Shown one piece after another: positions 52,168 to 60,729 of a DNA stretch of 64,000 bases. How positions within the stretch are numbered: the stretch's first letter is position 1; every line of letters begins with the position of its first letter. The notes under the pieces were generated by a model. It was not told where the DNA came from, did no database searches, and saw only the letters and a list, made by a program, of their open reading frames with translations. The stretch lies in the IMG/VR virus record IMGVR_UViG_3300005436_000011; one strand, written 5' to 3'. The position numbers and the translations under genes were made by a program. This DNA is from an uncultured virus (IMG/VR IMGVR_UViG_3300005436_000011) (taxonomy: Duplodnaviria > Heunggongvirae > Uroviricota > Caudoviricetes).

Positions 52168-52406
52168 GGCGCGGGGTCGCGGTCCTGGACTGCGGGCGGA
52201 AGGCCGTGACGGTCACGTCCGCCGGCGGGATCTACGAGGGCACGTGGTCCGGGGCCTTCTCCCGGGCCAAGGCGCTGGACCTGCTCGTGAGCGCCGGTTG
52301 GCGCGAGGCGCCGGGCGAGGACTGGACCGTCTCGCCGGCGGACAACGGCTTCAAGCTCGTGGTCATCCACGACCCGGTGTCCACCGCCGTTCGACGCCGG
52401 CGCTGA
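52164..52406 (+). CDS. hypothetical protein
   Basis: GTGA coupling; followed by a terminator hairpin. Confidence 0.55.
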   Translation: MRRGVAVLDCGRKAVTVTSAGGIYEGTWSGAFSRAKALDLLVSAGWREAPGEDWTVSPADNGFKLVVIHDPVSTAVRRRR

Positions 52407-52409
52407 CGC

Positions 52410-52449
52410 GGAGGGGGCGGTTGAGGTGTTGGCCTCAGCCGCCCCCTCC
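52410..52449. terminator. bidirectional hairpin between convergent units
   Basis: GGAGGGGGCGGTTGAGG / CCTCAGCCGCCCCCTCC. Confidence 0.6.
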
Positions 52450-52572
52450 AGCGCGTCGAGAAGCAGGACGATGATCATCACCGTGAAGGCGAGCAGCATC
52501 ACCAGCGTCCACACCAGGTAACCCACGCCGCTCCGCTCGTTCCAGTTTCCGCGTTAAGGCTAGGGTACCAGG

Positions 52573-53226
52573 TCAGCGATGGCAGAGCGGCAGCAGGTTG
52601 ACGCTGAGCTCGGTGAAGAGGCGGCGACCGAGCTCGCCGTCATCGAGCTCCTCGAGCTGGTCCCACGTCTCGTGGCCGAGCCCTCGGGCGATCGCGTAGG
52701 TCGCCGCGGCGTGGGCGCGCTCGGCGGCGTGCCGCCACTCGAGGTGTGAGCGGCTCTCGTCGAAGGCGGCGTCCCACCGGTTCTCGTCGCCGTCGAACGT
52801 GAACTCGACCTCGTGGCGCTCGTCGATCACCCGAACCGAGCTGTAGCCGTAGCCGCTCAGGGCCCTCTCGTGGTCGGTGGGAACCTCGGTGAACCGGTAG
52901 GGCAGCTGTCGCGGATCTGACGTGGTGGCGCAGACGACGACGAAGGCGACCTCGTTGGATCCGTCCTCCTCAGCCTGGATCGCGACGCAGAGGTAGGGCC
53001 AGCCGTGAAGGCGATCGAGCTGCTTGGTCGGCACGACGGCCTCCACGAGCACGTCGTCGGCCTCGTTGAGGGTGAGCCTCGCGGCGCCGACGAGCTGGTC
53101 GCGCACGTTTCGGAGCGTGACCCGGCCGTCGGCGGGGAGAGCGACGCCGTTGGCGAGGCGGTCGGTTCGGCGCACGTGCTCGCCGCGGATGGCGACGCCG
53201 CGCAGGGTCAGATAGGTATCGGTCAC
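52573..53226 (-). CDS. hypothetical protein
   Basis: Abuts upstream gene; plausible codon usage. Confidence 0.55.
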   Translation of the reverse strand: MTDTYLTLRGVAIRGEHVRRTDRLANGVALPADGRVTLRNVRDQLVGAARLTLNEADDVLVEAVVPTKQLDRLHGWPYLCVAIQAEEDGSNEVAFVVVCATTSDPRQLPYRFTEVPTDHERALSGYGYSSVRVIDERHEVEFTFDGDENRWDAAFDESRSHLEWRHAAERAHAAATYAIARGLGHETWDQLEELDDGELGRRLFTELSVNLLPLCHR

Positions 53227-53227
53227 G

Positions 53228-53644
53228 TCACACCAGCTTCAAGACGATGTCGGCATCGGGGTCGCAGTGGTACGAGGCACAGATCCGGTGGTAGCCGGTG
53301 ACGATGATCGGCAGCCGGCGGACGTTGCCGCGGAGGCAGAGCACGGGCGAGAGCTTGTGGCCGCCCGAAATGCGGACGAGCTCGGCGGTGACGTGGGGAT
53401 CCTCGCGGGGAAGCAGTGGAAGGTCAGCTGCCCTGAGCAGGTCGAGGGGGTGACGCCGGTGCGTGTCAACCTGGGTGCGGAGGTTCTCGACGATGACCGC
53501 GGCGACGTCGTCATCCATCAGCAGGCTGAGGTACATGAACGCCGCGGTGAGCTCCGTCTCGGGAACCTCGGCTCGCCACCGGGCACGGCGCGCGGTGAGG
53601 GGGTCGGGTCGTCGCCTGGCTCCCTTGCTCCCTCGGTCAGCCAC
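53228..53644 (-). CDS. hypothetical protein, degenerate ParB/sulfiredoxin-like fold
   Basis: LSPVL..RG....IIVTGYHRICASYH resembles the DGxHR motif. Confidence 0.55.
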   Translation of the reverse strand: MADRGSKGARRRPDPLTARRARWRAEVPETELTAAFMYLSLLMDDDVAAVIVENLRTQVDTHRRHPLDLLRAADLPLLPREDPHVTAELVRISGGHKLSPVLCLRGNVRRLPIIVTGYHRICASYHCDPDADIVLKLV

Positions 53645-53810
53645 GCTTGCGGACTCCCAGCTCGACGAGGTAGATGATGGCCTGTCGCTCGGTCCAGCCG
53701 CCCTTCACGAGGGACGTGAGGATCTCGTGCATGGCGATCGCGTCCTGCACGAGCTTGGACGCGACCTCACCGTCGAACTCGCCCAGGTCGGGGGTCGGGT
53801 CGTCACTCAC
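53637..53810 (-). CDS. small hypothetical protein
   Basis: AMHEILTSLVKGGWTERQAI motif common in phage proteins; overlaps neighbours. Confidence 0.55.
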   Translation of the reverse strand: MSDDPTPDLGEFDGEVASKLVQDAIAMHEILTSLVKGGWTERQAIIYLVELGVRKRG

Positions 53811-54462
53811 CGGGCACCTCGCCCGTGTGTCGGCGGCGTCCCTTGCCACGGTTGGGGTAGGCCGCGAGCACGTCGGGGTTGAACAGGTCGGCCGCGGTGA
53901 CGTTGAGCAGCTCGCAGGCCCGCACGACGAGGGACTCCGCCGGCAGACAGCCACCGTAGGCCCAGGCGATGTAGTTGCCCTGGTTGAAGTTGTCGACCGG
54001 GAGGTCGAGGGCGTTCGCCTCCTCCGTGAACCGGCGAGCGGTGTAGCCGCGCTCGCGAACGAGATCGCGGATGGGCTGCCAGCCCCACTTGGTGCGGTTG
54101 GGGTTGGGGGTGCGGTGGCCGCCGCGTCGGGGCGTGAGCTCGGTCTCCACCCAGGCAGCGAACCGGGCGCGCTCAGGGTCACCGTCCAGGTCGGCGAGGC
54201 GGCGGACGCCGGCGGCGGTCACGGCGTCGACCTGGGTGAGCTGGAACCGCTCGTAGGTGTCGACCAGGTCTCGCTCCTCGGGGCTGAGGGTGGTGAGCTC
54301 GTCGGGGTGGATCCCGAGGGCGAGGCAGGCGTCCTCGGCGTAGACGAGGACCCGTTCGCTGGGGGTGCCGGGCTCGAGCACGAGGTGCCGCACCGCCATG
54401 AAGCTGAGAGGGTAGTTGAGCACCCGTCGAGTGGGCGCGGGTAAGGCCTTGACGTCATCCAT
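53803..54462 (-). CDS. Bro-N-like antirepressor/regulator with C-terminal HTH
   Basis: AEDACLALG, VTAAGVRRL, ARFAAWV.. Bro-N pattern; CELLNVTAADLF XRE-like tail; divergent promoter region. Confidence 0.65.
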   Translation of the reverse strand: MDDVKALPAPTRRVLNYPLSFMAVRHLVLEPGTPSERVLVYAEDACLALGIHPDELTTLSPEERDLVDTYERFQLTQVDAVTAAGVRRLADLDGDPERARFAAWVETELTPRRGGHRTPNPNRTKWGWQPIRDLVRERGYTARRFTEEANALDLPVDNFNQGNYIAWAYGGCLPAESLVVRACELLNVTAADLFNPDVLAAYPNRGKGRRRHTGEVPGE

Positions 54463-54521
54463 GTTGAAGACTCTACCAGCGGTACGATGTTGATGACAAC
54501 CGAGAACGTTCAGCATTGCTG

Positions 54522-54550
54522 TTTACATCTTAGCCGCGTGGTGATACGGT
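54522..54550 (+). promoter_or_regulatory. SigA-type promoter TTTACA-N17-TACGGT
   Basis: Same family; followed by a GGAAC-repeat leader. Confidence 0.7.
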
Positions 54551-54587
54551 ATCTCCAGGAACGAGGAACCGAGGAGAGGAGCTCCCG

Positions 54588-54962
54588 ATGTCGAAGAGGT
54601 CGGAGCGCAAGCGGCTGCTGAGGGTTCGCCGCGAGCTCGCGGCGGCGACCCGCCACCTGAACCGGATCCACCGCCTGACCGACAGCGGCGAGCCGCAGCC
54701 GGCGCGGGTCTGGCTCGAGCGGGTCGGCCTGGACGAGGACCTCGCGAGGCGCTTCGCGCCCGTGTTCTCCCGCGGCGTCAAGACGAGCGTGACCGGCGAG
54801 ACCGAGATCAAGATCCACGCTCACTCGCGGCTCGGCTACAAGAAGGTGCCGGTGAAGAGGTACCGGCGCGACGAGTTCTTCGCGCAGCTCCCCGTCGCCG
54901 TCTCCCGGATCAAGGACCCGACCGCGAAGCGTGAGTTCGCCCGCGTCGCGGCGATCTACTAG
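54588..54962 (+). CDS. basic hypothetical protein
   Basis: Promoter and GAGGAG RBS upstream. Confidence 0.65.
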   Translation: MSKRSERKRLLRVRRELAAATRHLNRIHRLTDSGEPQPARVWLERVGLDEDLARRFAPVFSRGVKTSVTGETEIKIHAHSRLGYKKVPVKRYRRDEFFAQLPVAVSRIKDPTAKREFARVAAIY

Positions 54963-54981
54963 ATATAAGGAGCGACGAGCC

Positions 54982-55224
54982 GTGAGGATCTTCCACGTCG
55001 ACCGCAGGCTCAGCCGGAGCGACTACGGTTGGACCCGGGGCGCGATCGTCATCGCCCTGAACGAGACCGCGGCCAGGCACCTGGTCGACGGCCTCTCGAT
55101 GTCCAAGCAGTTCAACGACCCGACGGACCTGTGGCTGTCCCCGGAGCACTCCACCGCGCGTGAGCTGGGGGTCGCCCACGGCACCGAGGAGGAGATCGTG
55201 CTGACCGACGAGGAAGAGGGGTAG
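54982..55224 (+). CDS. hypothetical protein
   Basis: AAGGAG RBS, GTG at 54982. Confidence 0.6.
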   Translation: MRIFHVDRRLSRSDYGWTRGAIVIALNETAARHLVDGLSMSKQFNDPTDLWLSPEHSTARELGVAHGTEEEIVLTDEEEG

Positions 55225-55370
55225 AGCCGTGCCGTGGTGCGGACGGTGCCAGCGGGTCATCCAAAACGGGTGCTGCTGTGGGTGTGGCTGCCGGCTCGCG
55301 AGCCCGGACTGGTTCGCGAGCCTCGACGCAGGTACTGTAACAGTTGATGAACTGAGCGAGGGGAGCGAGG

Positions 55371-55847
55371 GTGGGAAGCGACGCGCACGGTGACCTCGTG
55401 TACGGGGTGCCGCTCGGCGGCAGCGACGAGGGTTGGCTCCTGACGGGGCCCAAGGATAAGTGGGGTGACGTCAGCCTCGAGCCGGAGCACCTCCCGTGGC
55501 TGACGCCGGAGCAGGCCGAAGGCTGGGACCACTTCAGCTACAGCGAGGTGCTCGAGCTCGGGCTCAGGCACCTCGACACGGTGATGTTCAGCCTCACCGA
55601 TCAGCCGCTCAGCGCCGGCCTCGAGGTGCACCAGCACGGCTACGAGCTCAGGTCGTTCGCGCTCGCGCTCAAGAAGCCGCAGTTCGGGGCCTCGTGGGGT
55701 GACGCGACCGACGTCGACTGGCTCGCGCTGAGCGAGGTGGCCGGTGACACGCGGATCACGGTTCAGTTCCGCCGAGTTCTTCAGGAGCTCAACCTCGAGC
55801 CCGTGAACCCTCAGCCACGGTGGTTCCTGACCGCCCACTACTTCTAG
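55371..55847 (+). CDS. hypothetical protein
   Basis: MG.DA...LVYG start and PRWFLTAHY end typical of an actinophage hypothetical family. Confidence 0.65.
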   Translation: MGSDAHGDLVYGVPLGGSDEGWLLTGPKDKWGDVSLEPEHLPWLTPEQAEGWDHFSYSEVLELGLRHLDTVMFSLTDQPLSAGLEVHQHGYELRSFALALKKPQFGASWGDATDVDWLALSEVAGDTRITVQFRRVLQELNLEPVNPQPRWFLTAHYF

Positions 55848-55855
55848 GGGTCAAC

Positions 55856-56290
55856 GTGCAGACCTTCCTGCCCGACCCCGACTTCGCGACGTCCGCCGGC
55901 GTCCTCGACCGGCAGCGCCTCGGCAAGCAGCGCGTCGAGACGCTGCAGATCATGACGGCCCTGCTGACCGGCACGGGCTGGGTCAACCACCCCGCCACCA
56001 AGATGTGGCGCGGCCACGAGGTGAAGCTGCTCCACTACCAGGCGGCGATCTGCGACGAGTGGGAGAACCGCGGCTACCAGGACACGTGCTGGGTCAAGAC
56101 GCTCAGCCTGGCTTTCAAGCACGGCATCAAGCCCCTGCAGGTGACCGTCGACCCGTCGTGGCTCGGCGACGAGGCGTTCCACCTCAGCCACCGCTCCAAC
56201 CTGTTTCGCAAGAACCCAGCACATTACGGCGCGTTCTGGCCGGACGTCCCGGCCGACCTGCCGTACGTGTGGCCCGTGAGAGAGGACTGA
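55856..56290 (+). CDS. pyrimidine-dimer DNA glycosylase-like protein (DenV/MSMEG_6728 type)
   Basis: QTFLP.PDF..SA.VLDRQRLGKQRVETLQI, NHPA.KMWRG, SHRSNL.RK.P.HY, LPYVWP. Confidence 0.85.
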   Translation: MQTFLPDPDFATSAGVLDRQRLGKQRVETLQIMTALLTGTGWVNHPATKMWRGHEVKLLHYQAAICDEWENRGYQDTCWVKTLSLAFKHGIKPLQVTVDPSWLGDEAFHLSHRSNLFRKNPAHYGAFWPDVPADLPYVWPVRED

Positions 56291-56291
56291 G

Positions 56292-56558
56292 GTGCCTGGT
56301 CACCGACACCACGCCGTCCGCTACGGCGAGCTTCCCGAGTGGAACCGCCTCGCCAGCCGGGTGAAGACCGGCTACGAGATCCAGGTGGAGCCGCCCGACG
56401 GCGAGTGGCGTCGGGTCAGACGCAAGCAGCGTGACAGCGAGAACGGGGTCGTCCTCTTCACGTTCGAGGACGGCACCCAGCTCCGCGTCGCGGTCACGAC
56501 CAAGATCAAGGCGCGGCGCACGCCGCTCCCCACCGAGGAAGGAACCGAGGAACAGTGA
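56292..56558 (+). CDS. hypothetical protein
   Basis: In operon, coupled to the next gene. Confidence 0.55.
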   Translation: MPGHRHHAVRYGELPEWNRLASRVKTGYEIQVEPPDGEWRRVRRKQRDSENGVVLFTFEDGTQLRVAVTTKIKARRTPLPTEEGTEEQ

Positions 56559-57157
56559 AGCTGACTCACCGGCAGAAGCTGCTGGGCACCCTGGCGGCCG
56601 TGGGCCTGCTGCCCATCGCCCTGATGGGTGACGCCTGCTCCAACAACTCCCAGAGCCAGGCCCAGCAGATCACCGAGCAGTACTCGCAGCACTCGCAGAG
56701 CGCGGTGCCTTACCCGCTGACGCAGATGGACGCCGGCGGCTGGACGGAGCGCACCCTCCTGAAGGAGCACCTGCTCCGCCAGAACGACCCCAACGCGATC
56801 CACTACGTCTACTGGATCGTCCCGATGACCGGCGCCCTGGTCGCGCAGTGGACCGTCAAGGGCATGGTCTTCTCGCCGAACAGCCAGCTGACCAACACGC
56901 AGTCCATCACGTGGTCGAGCAACGGCGGCAGCGGCGTCGTCGACGCGCCCGGCGACAACGGCACGTGGGGCCCCGAGCCGTTCTGCTACGACTTCTTCAC
57001 CACGTCGGGCAACGAGATCCGGCTGCCCTGCAACGGCCTGTCGGCCGTCGAGTCCGACACGCCGATGACCTTCTCTACCCAGCCCGTGATCACCTACGAC
57101 GCGAGCCAGAAGTCGCCGCTCGACAAGGGCGGCCTGTCCAAGATCGGAGGCAAGTGA
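56555..57157 (+). CDS. putative lipoprotein
   Basis: Signal peptide with Cys (LMGDAC); SQLTN and DNGTWG motifs. Confidence 0.7.
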   Translation: MKLTHRQKLLGTLAAVGLLPIALMGDACSNNSQSQAQQITEQYSQHSQSAVPYPLTQMDAGGWTERTLLKEHLLRQNDPNAIHYVYWIVPMTGALVAQWTVKGMVFSPNSQLTNTQSITWSSNGGSGVVDAPGDNGTWGPEPFCYDFFTTSGNEIRLPCNGLSAVESDTPMTFSTQPVITYDASQKSPLDKGGLSKIGGK

Positions 57158-57633
57158 TGGACGACTTCGCGGACCGGCACCCCGTCGCCTACATCCTGAC
57201 GGTGATCTTCTCCGTCATCCTCGTCCTGTTCGTGATCGCCGCGTTCATCATGGGGCTGAGGACCAACTTCAGCTATTGGTGGGGCCAGCAGCAGGCGACC
57301 CAGGACAAGAACTCCGCGGGGAACTTCGAGGCCGCCCAGCGGCAGTTCCTGCAGGACAAGAACGACGTCGACGGCTACGTGCAGAAGATCACCGCCGCGA
57401 GGCAGCAGCTCGCCGACTTCGACAAGGCCCACCCGAGCCTCGCGAGCGAGGACGGCCTCGCGGGCTTGACCGACGCGCAGCAGCGGCAGAGCCTGGCGAC
57501 CAACCTGACCGGCCTGCAGCAGCAGTGCGTGAACGTGGTCAACGACTACAACACGAGCGCGAGGGCGTACCTGACCGCGGACTGGCGGGACGCGAACCTC
57601 CCGGAGCGGCTCGATCCCAACTCCTGCTCCTGA
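57157..57633 (+). CDS. single-TM membrane protein with coiled coil
   Basis: TGATG coupling to the lipoprotein; QCVNVVNDYN...LPERLD C-terminus. Confidence 0.7.
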   Translation: MDDFADRHPVAYILTVIFSVILVLFVIAAFIMGLRTNFSYWWGQQQATQDKNSAGNFEAAQRQFLQDKNDVDGYVQKITAARQQLADFDKAHPSLASEDGLAGLTDAQQRQSLATNLTGLQQQCVNVVNDYNTSARAYLTADWRDANLPERLDPNSCS

Positions 57634-57642
57634 GGCGGCGAC

Positions 57643-57840
57643 ATGAGCATCATCCGCTGGTGCACCAGAACGATCGCTCGACAGGCGGCGAGGATCCGCG
57701 AGGAGCGAGCCCACAACCGACACCTCGTTCAGACGAACGAGAGGTTGGTCAAGCAGAACGACACGCTGCGGCTGAGGTTGATCGACCTCGACGTCGATCC
57801 GGTCAAGGTTCTCGACGAGGAAACCGACGGCGAGGGCTGA
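57643..57840 (+). CDS. small coiled-coil hypothetical protein
   Basis: GAGG RBS; followed by a hairpin. Confidence 0.5.
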   Translation: MSIIRWCTRTIARQAARIREERAHNRHLVQTNERLVKQNDTLRLRLIDLDVDPVKVLDEETDGEG

Positions 57841-57845
57841 GCTAG

Positions 57846-57881
57846 AGCGAGGGGCGGAACCGAGAGGTTCCGCCCCTCGCT
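57846..57881 (+). terminator. intrinsic terminator-like hairpin
   Basis: AGCGAGGGGCGGAACC-GAGA-GGTTCCGCCCCTCGCT. Confidence 0.65.
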
Positions 57882-57948
57882 GTCTGTCTGCAACTTGATG
57901 TGGTATTGTAAACCCCAGTTGCCGTGGAACCAGGAAGGAAGTCGAACC

Positions 57949-59013
57949 GTGAGCGAGACCACGAGGCCGGCGGGGACGACGCCGTTCTACCTCGCCGCAT
58001 TGGCCGGCATGGCCGTGTCCCTGAACACCAGCTGGAACTTCTTCGGGGACGTGCTGGGCGTCACCGACGTCGACCGCTACACCATGTTCTTCGTGCTGGA
58101 GCTCGCCCAGGTCGCCTGCGCCTGGGGCATGCGCGCGTCGATCCGCCGGCACGTCGACGGCGACCACCGGCCGTCACCGGGCCCGGCGCGCTGGGTCGCC
58201 TGGGCCCTCTGCGCCGTCTCCGCCTACATGGCGTGGAGCCTCAGCGGCTTCTGGGTCGGCGTCGCCCGGGTGCTGATCGGCCCCCTGCTCAGCCTGATCA
58301 TGCTTCACCTCGCGCTGGGCATCGAGATCCGCGGCCTTCAGGTGGGCAACGACACCACCCTCGCCCGGGTCGGCCGGGAGCTGCGGGAGCGGCTCCTCTC
58401 CCTGCTCGGGCTCGGTGACGAGGAGCGGGACGCCAAGACGATGTCACGGCTCCGCGCGGAGCGCCGCGCCTTCAAGATCCGCATGACCGCGAGCGGCAAG
58501 CGTCGGCACCGGCGCCGCTTCGTGCAGCAGATCGCGCGGGCCGGCGTGGCGAACGACCCGGAGGCCCTCGAGCGCTTCAACACCGGGATGATGCTGGCCG
58601 CGAACGTGAACAAGCTGTGGGACCAGGAGCGGCCGCTGCCACCCGAGCTGACGGGTGCCACGGACGACGTGCCAGGTGTCATCGACGCCGAGGTCGTGCC
58701 AGATGCCACCACCGAGGTGGCACCAGACAGTGACAGTGACAGTGACAGTGACAGTGACAGTGACAGTGACAGTGACAGTGACACCGAGGTGGCACCTGAC
58801 ACCAAGAGCGTGACACCCAAGGCGGTGCCGCTGACATCCCTCAGCGCCCGGACCCAGGCGGAGGTTGACACCATCCTCGACCTGATGAGCGAGAAGGGTC
58901 TGGACGCGGTCACGATCGAGTACATCATGGAGCACGTTGGCCTGAAGTTCTCCACGGCGGCGCGGCGGCGGCGGGTCGCGGTGGCGCTCTTCGAGGCTCG
59001 ACAGGTGTCGTGA
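57949..59013 (+). CDS. 4-TM membrane protein resembling actinomycete plasmid spread (Spd-like) proteins
   Basis: Four N-terminal TM helices, ELRERLLSLLGL helix, acidic DS repeat, C-terminal HTH-like segment; upstream of the FtsK gene. Confidence 0.6.
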   Translation: MSETTRPAGTTPFYLAALAGMAVSLNTSWNFFGDVLGVTDVDRYTMFFVLELAQVACAWGMRASIRRHVDGDHRPSPGPARWVAWALCAVSAYMAWSLSGFWVGVARVLIGPLLSLIMLHLALGIEIRGLQVGNDTTLARVGRELRERLLSLLGLGDEERDAKTMSRLRAERRAFKIRMTASGKRRHRRRFVQQIARAGVANDPEALERFNTGMMLAANVNKLWDQERPLPPELTGATDDVPGVIDAEVVPDATTEVAPDSDSDSDSDSDSDSDSDSDTEVAPDTKSVTPKAVPLTSLSARTQAEVDTILDLMSEKGLDAVTIEYIMEHVGLKFSTAARRRRVAVALFEARQVS

Positions 59014-59827
59014 CACCCGACACCTGACCTGCCACTGCCACCGGTGCCACGTGCCGGTGGCAGTGGCACGTCTGGCACGCGACCCACGTCACGTCCTCAT
59101 TCATCAGTTGATGTGATACAGTGATACCACCGAGGAGGTGATGACGGTGAGCGAGAGGCTCGAGAGCGACGAGGAGCAGGTGTTCGCGTCGGCGGCACCG
59201 GTGCCTGAGGAAGGCCTGGTGAGCGGGTCGGAGACGCCGGAGAAGGAGACCGACCAGGCCTCCAAGGAGGAGGCCCCCAAGGTCCCGACCGGGGGCAAGG
59301 CCCGCCAGGCCGCGGGGCGACCGACGTGGCACCTGTCCCTGACCCTGGGCCTGGTGATCGCCCTAGCCGGCGGGGTGCTCCTGTGGATGCAGTCGCCGGC
59401 GCTGGCGCTGCTCGTTGGCGGCGCCCTGGTCGTGCTGGTGGGGCTCGCCCTCGCCCTGTGGCACCTCTTCGGGTCCGATGCCACCGGCCGTCGAGCTGCC
59501 AACCGCCGTGCCAACGACGTGGCAGCCCGTGCCACCGGGAACCGTGGCAGTGACACCTCACGGCGGCAGGCAGCTGGCAGTGACACCCGCCGAGGTGCCA
59601 CCTCGCGTGACACCGGTGGCACCTCACGTGCCACCCGTGCCAACCGCCGTGGCACGCGAGACGGTGACACCGATCCGCGAGGTGCCACTCGCCGCCGGCG
59701 ACGTGGCACCGATGACACCCGTGACCCGGCACCGCGTGGCAGGCGACGGGATCGTGCCACCGAGCCCCGTGGCACGGGTGGCACGCCGCGTGACCGAGGC
59801 GGTCAGCCACGGCAGCCGCGTGCCACG
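58637..59827. repeat. dense dispersed TGNCA (GTGGCAC/GTGCCAC/GTGACAC) motif array
   Basis: About 50 copies by hand count across two CDS and the intergenic gap. Confidence 0.8.
58726..58782 (+). repeat. (GACAGT)9.5 in-frame microsatellite encoding a DS repeat
   Basis: Perfect hexamer tandem flanked by the direct repeat ACCGAGGTGGCACC. Confidence 0.95.
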
Positions 59828-60652
59828 CCGCCCGGCGGCGGGCGACCGCAGCAGCCGCGCGGCGTCAAGGACCCGACCGGTGGCCGGCAGCCGGCACCGA
59901 ACGCGGAGCGAAACCCGTACCGCAACCGAAACCGCAACCCGTACTGGAACCGCGACCGTGACCGACCCGGCTTCTGGCGTGAGCGCACCTGCGTCAATGG
60001 CGGCCGCCCACCGATCACCAAGGTGCCGAAGGCTGAGGACGCCGCGGCCGACGAGGGAAAGAGGCCGGTGAGGTTGAAGCCACTTCGCTGGCGAAGCCGT
60101 CGAGGGAAGCTGCCGGTCCCGCAGGAGCCGAGGCCGGCTCGAGCCAAGGTGACCAAGCCGCCGCGGGAGCCGAGGCGTCCCAACGAGACCAGCGTGGAGT
60201 GGCCGAACGTGGATCAGGACCACTACGAGCCGGTGATCGCGAGCAAGCTGCCGCGCATCACCCACGCGAGGCGAGCGGTCAAGCTGCCGCCCATCTACCA
60301 CCGCAAGGGTGAGCCCCAGTGGCCCACCGACGACGAGGACCAGCGGGGACCCACCGTCCCCCCGCAGCGAGACAGGAGAGGCACCGTGGTAACCCCTGAT
60401 CAGATGACCCGGGCCGACTGGGAGGCCCACTGCAGCCGGGCGGCCAACCTGGCTACCAAGGCGGCTCAGGCGAAGGACGAGCTGGCCACGAGGGCCCTCC
60501 AGGAGGCTCAGCTCCTGGACGGCATGGATGACCCGGAGATGCGGGAGGCGCAGGCCAACCACCTCCACGCGGCCTCCCGGGCGGCCCTCGACGGCGAGGT
60601 TCGCCGTCACAAGGCCGCGATCTGGAGCTCCCTGGGCCAGAATCCCGTGTAG
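59138..60652 (+). CDS. 2-TM, Arg/Pro-rich low-complexity protein of the transfer module
   Basis: GAGGAGG RBS; TM pair; possible in-frame internal start near 60386 after AGGAGAGG. Confidence 0.6.
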   Translation: MMTVSERLESDEEQVFASAAPVPEEGLVSGSETPEKETDQASKEEAPKVPTGGKARQAAGRPTWHLSLTLGLVIALAGGVLLWMQSPALALLVGGALVVLVGLALALWHLFGSDATGRRAANRRANDVAARATGNRGSDTSRRQAAGSDTRRGATSRDTGGTSRATRANRRGTRDGDTDPRGATRRRRRGTDDTRDPAPRGRRRDRATEPRGTGGTPRDRGGQPRQPRATPPGGGRPQQPRGVKDPTGGRQPAPNAERNPYRNRNRNPYWNRDRDRPGFWRERTCVNGGRPPITKVPKAEDAAADEGKRPVRLKPLRWRSRRGKLPVPQEPRPARAKVTKPPREPRRPNETSVEWPNVDQDHYEPVIASKLPRITHARRAVKLPPIYHRKGEPQWPTDDEDQRGPTVPPQRDRRGTVVTPDQMTRADWEAHCSRAANLATKAAQAKDELATRALQEAQLLDGMDDPEMREAQANHLHAASRAALDGEVRRHKAAIWSSLGQNPV

Positions 60653-60729
60653 GATTGAGGCGAGCGGCATCTCGACCCCCGACCGGAATGGTCGGGGGTC
60701 GAGGTCGCTCTACGGAAAGAGGAAAAAAG

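Noticed and set aside
52149..52526. Minus-strand ORF with N-terminal TM helix
   Set aside because: Has a plausible GGAAC leader but runs through a terminator hairpin and fully overlaps a + strand gene. Left uncalled.
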